64,000 nucleotides of DNA from an uncultured Bacteroidota bacterium (GCA_903882965.1 CAIRZD010000279.1:12387-76386), one strand, 5' to 3'; counted from the first letter of the stretch, positions 8,680 through 17,282 are shown. Made by a program: numbers and translations. Notes: a model not told the origin generated them from the sequence alone.

Positions 8680-8844
8680 TTATTTCCCGCCTATTTTAGC
8701 GATAATAAATATTATGAGGCCAATCACTGCAACTACAATAAAAATACCAACACCAACCCCGGCTTTAAAAATTCCTTCAACCAATTGGCAACTGCTCAGG
8801 GAAAACAGAATGCATAGCAACATAAACAATGATAGCTTTTTCAT
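8680..8844 (-). CDS. 54-aa lipoprotein with a C-terminal TM helix (absent from the ORF track)
   Basis: Hand translation: MKKLSLFMLLCILFSLSSC QLVEGIFKAGVGVGIFIVVAVIGLIIFIIAKIGGK*; lipobox LSSC. Confidence 0.85.
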   Translation of the reverse strand: MKKLSLFMLLCILFSLSSCQLVEGIFKAGVGVGIFIVVAVIGLIIFIIAKIGGK

Positions 8845-8962
8845 AAAATCGTTTTTATTATGAATAAATGATAATTCTCTATCCGCAATAAAAATAGTGC
8901 CACTATATTTCCTTCACTCTTTGTTTACTCCAAAACATTCAACTCCAGATCAACTCTTTTAA

Positions 8963-8994
8963 TAGGTACCTAAAAAAAGGTGCATGCACCTTTT
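8963..8994. promoter_or_regulatory. Two adjacent perfect palindromes (candidate operator)
   Basis: TAGGTACCTA at 8963-8972 and AAAAGGTGCATGCACCTTTT at 8975-8994. Confidence 0.45.
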
Positions 8995-9107
8995 CGCCTC
9001 TGTACCATGCATACCCGAATTTTACTTCATCGCCTGCTATAGTATTGTTTCACGGCAAAATTGAAACAGTTGCGGTAGTGGGCATCATCTTATAAAAACA
9101 TAAAACA

Positions 9108-9515
9108 ATGGCAGTAAATCCCAAAAGTCTCAAGAACCTCGAAAAAGCAGTAAGGTTCACAAAAGACGATCCACGAATCAAAGGTGGCAGAACAAAAGGT
9201 ACGCGTAACAGGAGAACCATTTTTCTCAATTTCCTCAACCGCAAAACCGAATGCACGGATCCTGATGGCAACACCGTTCAGCTACCACTCGCTGATCAGG
9301 TCGCAATAGCCATCATCAAAAAAGCAGCAGAGGGCCACGTAAGCGCAGCCAGCTTTGTCTTCGACAACGCCTTCGGAAAGATCACCGACATACCTCCGGT
9401 CATCGAGCCCCCAAAACAGCAAGTCGACTGGAGCAAATACACCGAAGAAGACATCATCCAGCTCACCGCCCTCATCGCCAAAGGCCAGCCCGATGAAAAA
9501 AATAAAACAAATTAA
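9108..9515 (+). CDS. Phage terminase small-subunit-like / DUF5681-like protein, orphan
   Basis: LKNLEKAVRFTKDDPRIKGGRTKGTRN N-terminal motif, AIIKKAAEGHVSAASFVFDNAFGK core, VDWSKYTEEDI tail. Confidence 0.65.
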   Translation: MAVNPKSLKNLEKAVRFTKDDPRIKGGRTKGTRNRRTIFLNFLNRKTECTDPDGNTVQLPLADQVAIAIIKKAAEGHVSAASFVFDNAFGKITDIPPVIEPPKQQVDWSKYTEEDIIQLTALIAKGQPDEKNKTN

Positions 9516-9526
9516 ACAATGATTTT

Positions 9527-9581
9527 AAAATGTCCCGGTTTCCAACACAAATACCATAGTGAGGCATAGCCGGGACATTTT
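9527..9581. repeat. 12-bp inverted repeat with a 31-nt spacer
   Basis: AAAATGTCCCGG (9527-9538) and CCGGGACATTTT (9570-9581). Confidence 0.7.
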
Positions 9582-9619
9582 TGTGACATTTTAAACACAA
9601 AAACACCTTAATTTGTAGC

Positions 9620-10399
9620 ATGAACAAGTACTTCACAGCAATTTTATTATTTATCTCGGTATCAGTTACACCGGCATTCGCCCAGCAGCAGTTTGGCGGT
9701 ATCGGCGCGCAGCTCTTTCTCGATACTATGGGCGGCCACACAATGCCCTGCATCCAGGGCCTCGTCGCCCATTCCTCCGCCGATGAGCACCTCAAGGTCA
9801 CCGACTTTATTATTAAGGTAAACGGCGTCAGTTGCCTCGATAAAAATATCCAGGAAGTTGTCGGTATGATTCGCGGAGAAGTCGGGAGCACCGTAAAAAT
9901 TACTGTAGCCGATACCAAAGAAGGCAAGCGCCCCCGCGAGTACGATCTTGAACGCAGGGCCATTACAACATCAGCCCCTCCCGGCACACCGCCCGTAGAC
10001 CCGGTCATAGCTTTTAACACACAATGTGAAACCGAAGTAGCAAAAATGAAAAAAGATGGGATCAAAGTTATCAAAACATTCCCCTCAGAATGTGGCAACT
10101 ACTTCTTTAATTTTGATGCTGAAAAAGAAATTTATCATATCAGGGTTTGGAGCATTGCTGATAAAAATAACATTGGCGAAGCAAATACATTTTCTATTTC
10201 CGCACGTGTTTTTGATAATACCAATGAAGCTGCCGCCACCCACATCACAAACTATGAAGCCTTCAACGGAGACAACCTCAATGGCGGAAAGCTCGAAGGG
10301 ACTGCCACCTTTAACAAACCTGGTGTAGGCGTGGTAAGTGTGCAGCTGAATGATGATAAAAAGAAATGCAGGGCAATGTATGTGGTTATCTATAAGTAG
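9620..10399 (+). CDS. Secreted PDZ-domain protein
   Basis: Signal peptide; FGGIGAQL...FIIKVNGVSC...VVGMIRGEVGSTVKITV, a Prc/CtpA-type PDZ; no S41 protease domain follows. Confidence 0.8.
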   Translation: MNKYFTAILLFISVSVTPAFAQQQFGGIGAQLFLDTMGGHTMPCIQGLVAHSSADEHLKVTDFIIKVNGVSCLDKNIQEVVGMIRGEVGSTVKITVADTKEGKRPREYDLERRAITTSAPPGTPPVDPVIAFNTQCETEVAKMKKDGIKVIKTFPSECGNYFFNFDAEKEIYHIRVWSIADKNNIGEANTFSISARVFDNTNEAAATHITNYEAFNGDNLNGGKLEGTATFNKPGVGVVSVQLNDDKKKCRAMYVVIYK

Positions 10400-10439
10400 T
10401 AGAATTAGTATAAAATAAAAATGAGTTATTTTGCATGCA

Positions 10440-11117
10440 ATGAAAAAAGTGTTACCCCTGTTTTTTTTAATATTATCCTTTAATTGTTATGCGCAGATTA
10501 GTGTAGATACAAGCGGCGGCAATGTGATCGTAATTGAAAAAACAAAAACGGCTACTAAAGCGCTGAGTATATACAGAATGTTTATTCCGCATCATGGCAA
10601 ATGCAACCTTATGGTCTATGAGCCAGACTGCGATGATTATGGCGATGATGCTGACACATTGATTCTGAATCTTGGTATAGAGTTGCAACATGCAAAAAGT
10701 ATGCTGGATGCTGCGCTTAAATATAAACGCTATAATTTTTACCGCTTTGCTTTTGATATCAGCCCTTACAGGGATTTCATAGGCAAGCTTGTAGATATTT
10801 ATGCCAATTCCAAAGAATGGAATGATTACTTACAAAAAGCCGGCAACCTCCAGCTTTCCAATACGTTGTATGATGGCAATGAGATCACAGAAATAGGTTA
10901 TGATAAAACAACAGCCGCTAATGTATTGGCGAAAAGTGATTTTACAAAAACCCTCAATGATTTTTTCCTCCCATACGGCTACAAAGTAACCGCAAATGGT
11001 TTTCCCGATGATCATCAGCAGATCGTCAGCCGCGCTAAACTCAGGTCGCTCGGTAAGCCGCAAACACTTTTTATCCCCATACCGAATAGTTATTTTAACC
11101 TCATCAAAATTAAATAA
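10440..11117 (+). CDS. Hypothetical secreted protein
   Basis: Signal peptide MKKVLPLFFLILSFNCYAQ; long open frame. Confidence 0.7.
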   Translation: MKKVLPLFFLILSFNCYAQISVDTSGGNVIVIEKTKTATKALSIYRMFIPHHGKCNLMVYEPDCDDYGDDADTLILNLGIELQHAKSMLDAALKYKRYNFYRFAFDISPYRDFIGKLVDIYANSKEWNDYLQKAGNLQLSNTLYDGNEITEIGYDKTTAANVLAKSDFTKTLNDFFLPYGYKVTANGFPDDHQQIVSRAKLRSLGKPQTLFIPIPNSYFNLIKIK

Positions 11118-11125
11118 CTTCGCGT

Positions 11126-11407
11126 ATGGCCTCATATAGCATTGGCGATGCTCTAAAACTATTCCTCGAAAAATCGCACTGGAAACCAAAAGTGTTGGAA
11201 CTGCGTATGCGCGACGAGTGGGAGCAGATTGTTGGCAAAACCATTGCTAAGTATACCCGCAGCATCAGCCTAAATGGCAAAACGCTATCTATCTATTCAG
11301 ATGTCGGCCCGCTCAAACAAGAATTGATGCTAGGTAAAGATCAGTTAATAGTTCGTATCAATGAATATTTTGAGGATAAGGTTGTTGAAGATATTATTAT
11401 CAAATAA
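11126..11407 (+). CDS. DUF721 / DciA-family protein
   Basis: WEQIVGKTIAKYTRSISLNGKTLSIYSDVGPLKQEL...LIVRINE. Confidence 0.85.
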   Translation: MASYSIGDALKLFLEKSHWKPKVLELRMRDEWEQIVGKTIAKYTRSISLNGKTLSIYSDVGPLKQELMLGKDQLIVRINEYFEDKVVEDIIIK

Positions 11408-11458
11408 AGCGCTTTTTAACATTTTTCAAGTGAACTATTTAATAGCTTTATATTCTGA

Positions 11459-11824
11459 ATGAAAGTAATAGCGTCCATATTGTGCTTGTATTTGTTTGGT
11501 TTGTGTGTGCAGCCTGCCCTTTTTATTTTGCATCCGAGGAAAACAAAAGTGATGAGTTGTTGTCTTAAAAAGAACATGAATAAAACTCATAAAGATGGGT
11601 GTTCAAAAGATAACAGCGGCAATGATGATTGTTGTGGTGGAAATCAGTGTAATCCTTTTTCTAGCCAATGCCCGGTATGTGCAGCTACAGGCGTAATTAC
11701 TCCAAAGTACCAGCTCCCTGATGGAGGATTTGATAATTACATTAGATCAAAATACTTCTCTTATTACCACTTCACAATTAGCAACTACCAGTCAGATATA
11801 CTTCATCCTCCCCGGGCAGTTTGA
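11459..11824 (+). CDS. Cys-rich membrane peptide with a C-terminal HPP motif (DUF2946/DUF6660-like)
   Basis: N-terminal hydrophobic helix ending VQP, CC...C...CC...CNPFSSQCPVC, terminal ILHPPRAV. Confidence 0.7.
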   Translation: MKVIASILCLYLFGLCVQPALFILHPRKTKVMSCCLKKNMNKTHKDGCSKDNSGNDDCCGGNQCNPFSSQCPVCAATGVITPKYQLPDGGFDNYIRSKYFSYYHFTISNYQSDILHPPRAV

Positions 11825-11888
11825 TAATACACACAAGTACCTTAATTGGGTTTTGATCTTTATTTTCAAACTTTTAAAATCAACAAAA

Positions 11889-12095
11889 ATGAAAAAGATA
11901 ATTTTTGCTGTTGCTACTGCAACAATATTGTCTGGCACTATTGGCATTGCCAGCGCTTACGACTACAATAACACAGCTAAGAAAGCAGCCAAATCTGCAT
12001 CATGCACTTGTGCAGATTGCGCTTGCAAAGATTGCAATTGTCCGGATTGTAGCAATTGTAATTGCTGTGGTTCTGGGAATTGCTGTAAGAAATAA
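11889..12095 (+). CDS. Secreted metallothionein-like small protein (68 aa)
   Basis: MKKIIFAVATATILSGTIGIASA signal peptide, then SCTCADCACKDCNCPDCSNCNCCGSGNCCKK (12 Cys); ATG at 11889 after an A-rich leader. Confidence 0.75.
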   Translation: MKKIIFAVATATILSGTIGIASAYDYNNTAKKAAKSASCTCADCACKDCNCPDCSNCNCCGSGNCCKK

Positions 12096-12111
12096 GCAAT
12101 TATATAGCTGA

Positions 12112-12150
12112 AAAAAGCCCCCGTAACTTATTATGTTATGGGGGCTTTTG
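12112..12150. terminator. Bidirectional terminator
   Basis: AAAAGCCCCC...GGGGGCTTTT hairpin between convergent genes. Confidence 0.75.
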
Positions 12151-12171
12151 TTATTTAAAAAAATGACTGGC

Positions 12172-14274
12172 TTATTTTTTTACCAATGAATGTTTTTGTT
12201 TTACCCCGGCTTTTTTAGGAGATATCAGCAGCGCTACTTTATAAAAGTCAGCGGCAGTGTTTATCACTTTCCGGTATCTTTCATAATCGTTCGGTGAGAA
12301 ATGGAGCTGGTTATAAAATTCGTTGATGGATATTACAACTTTATCACCGTTTTTCTTGTCGGGTATTATCTTGTAATCCGAGTTAAAACTGATCACAGGC
12401 TGTATTTCCCGGTTCACATAATCTGCGTGCATGCGTAGGGCTTCCGGGTTAAGTATTTTATAACCCACCGGCAGGTTTAATGTAATGGTACGGTTCTCAG
12501 AGTTTGGATAGTCCAGGTCCACCCGCAGTCTGCGGTCATCATCATTATAAAGCTGGTGTTGAGGGCCTATTATTTCTCCTACTTTAAAGAGGTAATTCTT
12601 ATCAGCTTGGTCCGTTAGCTGGGACGTGTTCACAGTAGCTGTGATCTCCAGCGGCTTATTTTTATAATAGTTGTCAAACCTTTCGTTGGTGATAGTATAC
12701 TTAATAATATCTCCGGGTTTGTCAGCGATAGTTACTATTCTTTTTATAAGGTCTTTTTCTTTATCCTTAGGCTCTGTAGCTATTTCTTCCCTCAGTGAAG
12801 TAGATGCGTAGCCGGTATAAGAATAGGAAATATCAATTTGTGCATCCATCTCATTTGTAAAGGAAACTGATGCTGCAATATTCGATTGGGTTTCATTTGA
12901 TGAGAATGGAGGTATCGTTCTTATTTCAGAAAGCGCCCCGGTTGGCAAGCCATTAGGTGGGATAGTACAAAACACACCCTTATTACCAACAACAACTTCC
13001 TGTACCATTGGGTAGCGAAGATATGTGCTTGTAGGTGAAATGAATTTATTGAAATCAGGGAAATAGAAAAGATGATAATCCATATTATCCCAGTTCTCAA
13101 ATTTGCTGTCAAATAACCTTTCGTGGCGGTTTCCTGCTACTCCCAGTTCATGGTTCACACCGGCCTGGATGAAGCAGGCAACGAAAAGCTTAATGATACC
13201 CGATGGAGTAGCAGCACGTTTTGCAATGATACTATCCAGTACGTTTTTGGTATCATCATAGGCTACATCATAAAGGGATATAGAGCGTAGGTTTTGAGTG
13301 GCCAGTACTTGTTTTCTTTCATCGTAGTCCACGTAGCCATATTGGACTATCCCGGTTTTTATTCCGTTCTCTATTTTCTTTAAGTTTTCCAGCTCATTGC
13401 CATTGGGCTTTACGCCAAGCTCAGAAAGATATGCATTCACAGCAGATCTTTCTTTGTCAGTTATCTTGTAGTAACTGTCGTATAAATTCCTGCCAAGATC
13501 ACTCCAGGTATATTGTTTTTTTCTGTTGTTCTCATTTTCATAATTAAAATGGTCTAGCCTGTATTCCAGGCGCATACGGCGCAGGTCGTAGTAGCTGTTA
13601 GGCTCTGGGCGCAACTTAGGAATATTATACATGGAGACGTCCATATGCCGCCTGTTATGTATCAATGTATCTTTCACATCCGGGAAACCATTGTATCCTT
13701 TCTCCTCGAATACCAGTTCTTTAGGATAAGACATCGAGAAGTGGCTGCTCAATACCGGTATTGGCTGTTGCAATACTTCGCTTCCAAAAAGTGACGCAGG
13801 TATGATCTCCCTGATAAGGTATTCTATTTCAGCGTCCTTCTCTACACCCTCCATTGCAATGATTATTGTCCAGCGGCCATAGGGGTCTTTGGTAACCTTT
13901 ATCATGTCCTTGGCAATATCCTTTACTTTGCCATTGGGTAATATCGTGCGTGCTTTTACCGAAGGAACCCTTGTTCCGGGATTAACTGGGAAATCAAGCG
14001 TGTTGAAATTTTCAATCCCCCTGTCATCCAGCACTTTTACAATACGGTGTTCAGTAATATAGGTATTTACACTTTTCCCCTCATTACGGTAATCAAGCGA
14101 AACATTTTCCAGTAATACAATAGCAGGCTCACTTGCATATTCCGGCGGCACAGGATGCACAACGGGTTTTTCAGCCCATTCCTCATAAGTTGGTTCGTAA
14201 CGGGATGCGCGTTGTGCCGTAACGGAAAACGCCATTATGGAGAAAAGGAAAATAAATAAAGTAAGTTTTTTCAT
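12172..14274 (-). CDS. DUF3857-domain secreted protein, transglutaminase-like fold without the catalytic Cys
   Basis: Signal peptide; HRIVKVLDDRG, VEKDAEIEY DUF3857 pattern; C-terminal RRLRVDLDYP; no GDCKD motif. Confidence 0.8.
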   Translation of the reverse strand: MKKLTLFIFLFSIMAFSVTAQRASRYEPTYEEWAEKPVVHPVPPEYASEPAIVLLENVSLDYRNEGKSVNTYITEHRIVKVLDDRGIENFNTLDFPVNPGTRVPSVKARTILPNGKVKDIAKDMIKVTKDPYGRWTIIIAMEGVEKDAEIEYLIREIIPASLFGSEVLQQPIPVLSSHFSMSYPKELVFEEKGYNGFPDVKDTLIHNRRHMDVSMYNIPKLRPEPNSYYDLRRMRLEYRLDHFNYENENNRKKQYTWSDLGRNLYDSYYKITDKERSAVNAYLSELGVKPNGNELENLKKIENGIKTGIVQYGYVDYDERKQVLATQNLRSISLYDVAYDDTKNVLDSIIAKRAATPSGIIKLFVACFIQAGVNHELGVAGNRHERLFDSKFENWDNMDYHLFYFPDFNKFISPTSTYLRYPMVQEVVVGNKGVFCTIPPNGLPTGALSEIRTIPPFSSNETQSNIAASVSFTNEMDAQIDISYSYTGYASTSLREEIATEPKDKEKDLIKRIVTIADKPGDIIKYTITNERFDNYYKNKPLEITATVNTSQLTDQADKNYLFKVGEIIGPQHQLYNDDDRRLRVDLDYPNSENRTITLNLPVGYKILNPEALRMHADYVNREIQPVISFNSDYKIIPDKKNGDKVVISINEFYNQLHFSPNDYERYRKVINTAADFYKVALLISPKKAGVKQKHSLVKK

Positions 14275-14279
14275 CGTTA

Positions 14280-16238
14280 TTATTTGTTGGCAGTGAGTAC
14301 TACTGATTCCTTGTATGCGTGATTTAGGTCGTCGATGATCTTATTATTTTTGGCAAATTCTTTATCGCTTAAAGAAAGTGATTGCAACTCATATTCTTTT
14401 GTGAGTATTATTTTTTTCTTATCAGCTTTGTAAGATATTTTGTAGCTCCATACACCATCAAGCGCACCATGTGCTTCGCCCGGCAAATGAGTTACTTTAT
14501 ACCCTTCAGGAATGTCGAGTACTACTACTTCCTTAGTCTTTGATTTGTTTTGATAATAGTAGCCCACATTACGTTCGCTGTCATCCATGCGCTGGTTCCC
14601 AAACATGCGGTCAAGGTTCATGTTCACATAGTATTCTTTGCCCACAATATGCGCGTAATCCTGTAAATTGAAATCGGCAGTAAGGGTAGCCTCTTTATTA
14701 CCTGTTTCGGCTGCATTTACTTCATACTTTAATTGTTTGTAGTTATCGGAACCCCTTGCCAGCAAAGATCTAATAGCTTTATCCCGGTCTTCGGTTTTAA
14801 GATAATTAGTAATGCGGGCAATATACCATGCCGGGTACCCTGTGCAATTTTGTTTTATGCTCCCCTGTAAGTTGGTATATGATAAATGAATGAAAGTACT
14901 GTCTGTGGTCACACTTTTATCAGCTGGTGCCACGGGTATCCGTACCACTTTATAGTTATTCTGGTCAATACAAATAAGCGCTTCTTTTCCTTGTATATCA
15001 AACCTGTTCTCACCAAATGGCTGTATATTGTCTGTACCATCCAGAAACACCCAGTCATCATCCAGTTTAATGGCACAGATCACATGGTTAAAGATATTCG
15101 GCGAGGGTAATTCTTCAGTTGTATAAGGAAGATCCCATGTGCCTATAATGGCGAAATAAGCTTTGATACCGGCCTGGCGGCACATAGCCATGCACATGCT
15201 GGCCATGTCTTTACAATCGCCGTATTTTCTTTTAAATACGGTGTCAGCGGGGCGGGGTACAAAACCTTCAAGGCCTTTTTCAAAGGCGATGTAATGAATA
15301 TTTTTCTGCACCCAATTATAAATATGTTTAGCCTTTTCACGTGGGGTCTTATCATTTTTGGTGATCTCTGCTACAGTTCTGGTAATGGCCGTATCCAGTT
15401 TTATATTAAGGTCTTTTACGTGCCGGAATTCGTACTTATAATGTGCATCAGGGTCTTTCAGAACCAATGAATCTTTCTGCGCGCCGGTAAGCCTGTATGA
15501 TGAAATGTAAGGAATGATATGAGGTGAGTAATACCAAATGGAAGGAGCAAGATTATAAGCCTTTGAAGCATGAAGGTCTTTGGCTGTAAACCTATAGATG
15601 ATCTTCCCGTCTTTTTCTTCTTTAGTCTGGGTTACATGTATGTTGTCGAGATTCTTTAAGACAAAATTTATCTTTACATAGTTCGGCACGGTTACTTCAT
15701 ACACGGTATTTACTATAGGTATATTTGCCTTAAAAACAAATGGTATGAGCTGTGCAATGTCGGTATGCTCCATTGTATACTTTGTTTCAGTTACTGAATT
15801 TTTTGTCAGCCCTGAATAATATGCCATCACGCCTCTCACGTCATCATAAAACGAGCTGGTTACCTGGCCACCTTCCCCAAATCCATAATTCTCTGTTCTT
15901 TTATAGCCACCGTTCTTATCCGGTATCAGTGCTAAACCGGAAACATTTGTAAGCGGATGAAAATCACTATACCAGAAATAATCCCTGTTATCATTAGCAG
16001 GAGAGAGGTCGCTGATCAATAATTTGTCCATGGTCACATAAGTATTGGCTACAAGGCTGCCATCCTCTTCTGTTATTATCAGTTTCTCGGTATAATTAGT
16101 ATAAACCGCATTCTCGTTTTTATATTTTTCGGCAATGCTGTCATATTTTTCACGTTCGGCGGTTTTCTGGGCCCACAAAGAGCTGGCCAGCAACAGCGTT
16201 ATTATCAGCAGGCATGCTGTCTTATTTAGCTGGGGCAT
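14280..16238 (-). CDS. DUF3857 and transglutaminase-like domain protein
   Basis: IYNWVQKNIHYIAFE, YGDCKDMA (Cys), FNHVIC (His), FLDGT (Asp) triad. Confidence 0.9.
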   Translation of the reverse strand: MPQLNKTACLLIITLLLASSLWAQKTAEREKYDSIAEKYKNENAVYTNYTEKLIITEEDGSLVANTYVTMDKLLISDLSPANDNRDYFWYSDFHPLTNVSGLALIPDKNGGYKRTENYGFGEGGQVTSSFYDDVRGVMAYYSGLTKNSVTETKYTMEHTDIAQLIPFVFKANIPIVNTVYEVTVPNYVKINFVLKNLDNIHVTQTKEEKDGKIIYRFTAKDLHASKAYNLAPSIWYYSPHIIPYISSYRLTGAQKDSLVLKDPDAHYKYEFRHVKDLNIKLDTAITRTVAEITKNDKTPREKAKHIYNWVQKNIHYIAFEKGLEGFVPRPADTVFKRKYGDCKDMASMCMAMCRQAGIKAYFAIIGTWDLPYTTEELPSPNIFNHVICAIKLDDDWVFLDGTDNIQPFGENRFDIQGKEALICIDQNNYKVVRIPVAPADKSVTTDSTFIHLSYTNLQGSIKQNCTGYPAWYIARITNYLKTEDRDKAIRSLLARGSDNYKQLKYEVNAAETGNKEATLTADFNLQDYAHIVGKEYYVNMNLDRMFGNQRMDDSERNVGYYYQNKSKTKEVVVLDIPEGYKVTHLPGEAHGALDGVWSYKISYKADKKKIILTKEYELQSLSLSDKEFAKNNKIIDDLNHAYKESVVLTANK

Positions 16239-16390
16239 ATGTATTCTTTTACTGGTCATTTAGGCAAGTATTAATGCTTGGTAATGGTCTTTAAAAAACA
16301 GAGTATAAATATAATGATAAAAATATTGTTGTGGTTAATTTTTAAAATATTAATAACAGCGCTGCCATTGCTAAATAATTAAAAAGTATA

Positions 16391-16426
16391 AAAAAAGGGC
16401 AGAAGGATGAAACCTCTGCCCTTAAG
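16391..16426 (-). terminator. tsf terminator
   Basis: AAGGGCAGAAGG...CCTCTGCCCTT hairpin with a T-tract on the minus strand. Confidence 0.7.
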
Positions 16427-16442
16427 TATATAAATGATTATA

Positions 16443-17282
16443 TTAACCTACAGCTAAACGTTGGAAAGAAACTACTGTAAGCCCCTTATCAACAGACCCG
16501 AGGTAATCGGCAACAGTTTTAGTGTTGTCTTTCACAAAAGCCTGTGGCAATAAGGTATTATCTTTAAAGAATTTGTTCAGTTTGCCGGCAGCTATCTTTT
16601 CAGCCATATCAGCCGGTTTGCCTTCAGCCATTATTTGTTCTACAGCAATTGCTTTTTCGCGGGCAATTGTCTCAGCTGATACGCTATCAGAGTCTACGGC
16701 CATTGGATTCATTGCAGCTATCTGCATAGCCACATCTTTCCCTGCTGAAATGATCCCATCATTAGCGGCATGGTTCATACCTACCAATACACCTATACGA
16801 TAGCCAGAGTGAATATAAGGCACCACAGCTGCTGCATGCACCTGCTCAAAACGGCTGATATCTATCTTTTCACCAATTTTAGCCACCATTTCCATCAGTT
16901 TTTCACCAACGTTGGCATTACCCATTGCAGCAGCCTTAAGGTCATCTATAGATGTAACTTTCGTATTAAGAGCTATTTCAGCAACGTTATTAGCGAAATC
17001 TACGAATTCCTGGTTCTTTGCAACGAAATCAGTTTCAGAGCTAAGGCAGATGGCAATACCATATGTATTGTCTGTTGATGCTTTTGCTATCACTACACCT
17101 TCTTTGGCTTCACGGTCGCTGCGGTTAGCGGCTACTTTCTGCCCTTTTTTACGCAGGTAATCTATTGCGTTTTCAAAGTCACCATTGCTTTCTGCAAGGG
17201 CTTTACGGCAATCCATCATTCCGGCGCCTGTTTGCTGGCGCAGTTTATTTACTTCTGCCGCCGATATTGTTACTGTGCTCAT
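16443..17282 (-). CDS. tsf: Translation elongation factor Ts
   Basis: VNKLRQQTGAGMMDCRKAL, ETDFVAKN, AMQIAAMNP. Confidence 0.99.
   Translation of the reverse strand: MSTVTISAAEVNKLRQQTGAGMMDCRKALAESNGDFENAIDYLRKKGQKVAANRSDREAKEGVVIAKASTDNTYGIAICLSSETDFVAKNQEFVDFANNVAEIALNTKVTSIDDLKAAAMGNANVGEKLMEMVAKIGEKIDISRFEQVHAAAVVPYIHSGYRIGVLVGMNHAANDGIISAGKDVAMQIAAMNPMAVDSDSVSAETIAREKAIAVEQIMAEGKPADMAEKIAAGKLNKFFKDNTLLPQAFVKDNTKTVADYLGSVDKGLTVVSFQRLAVG

Noticed and set aside
9472-10098. 208-aa minus-strand ORF
   Set aside because: It is antisense to the PDZ gene, crosses an inverted repeat, and has no family features.
11721-11888. N-terminal extension of the 124-aa ORF 11721-12095
   Set aside because: It overlaps the upstream gene in another frame; the signal peptide and A-rich leader place the true start at 11889.
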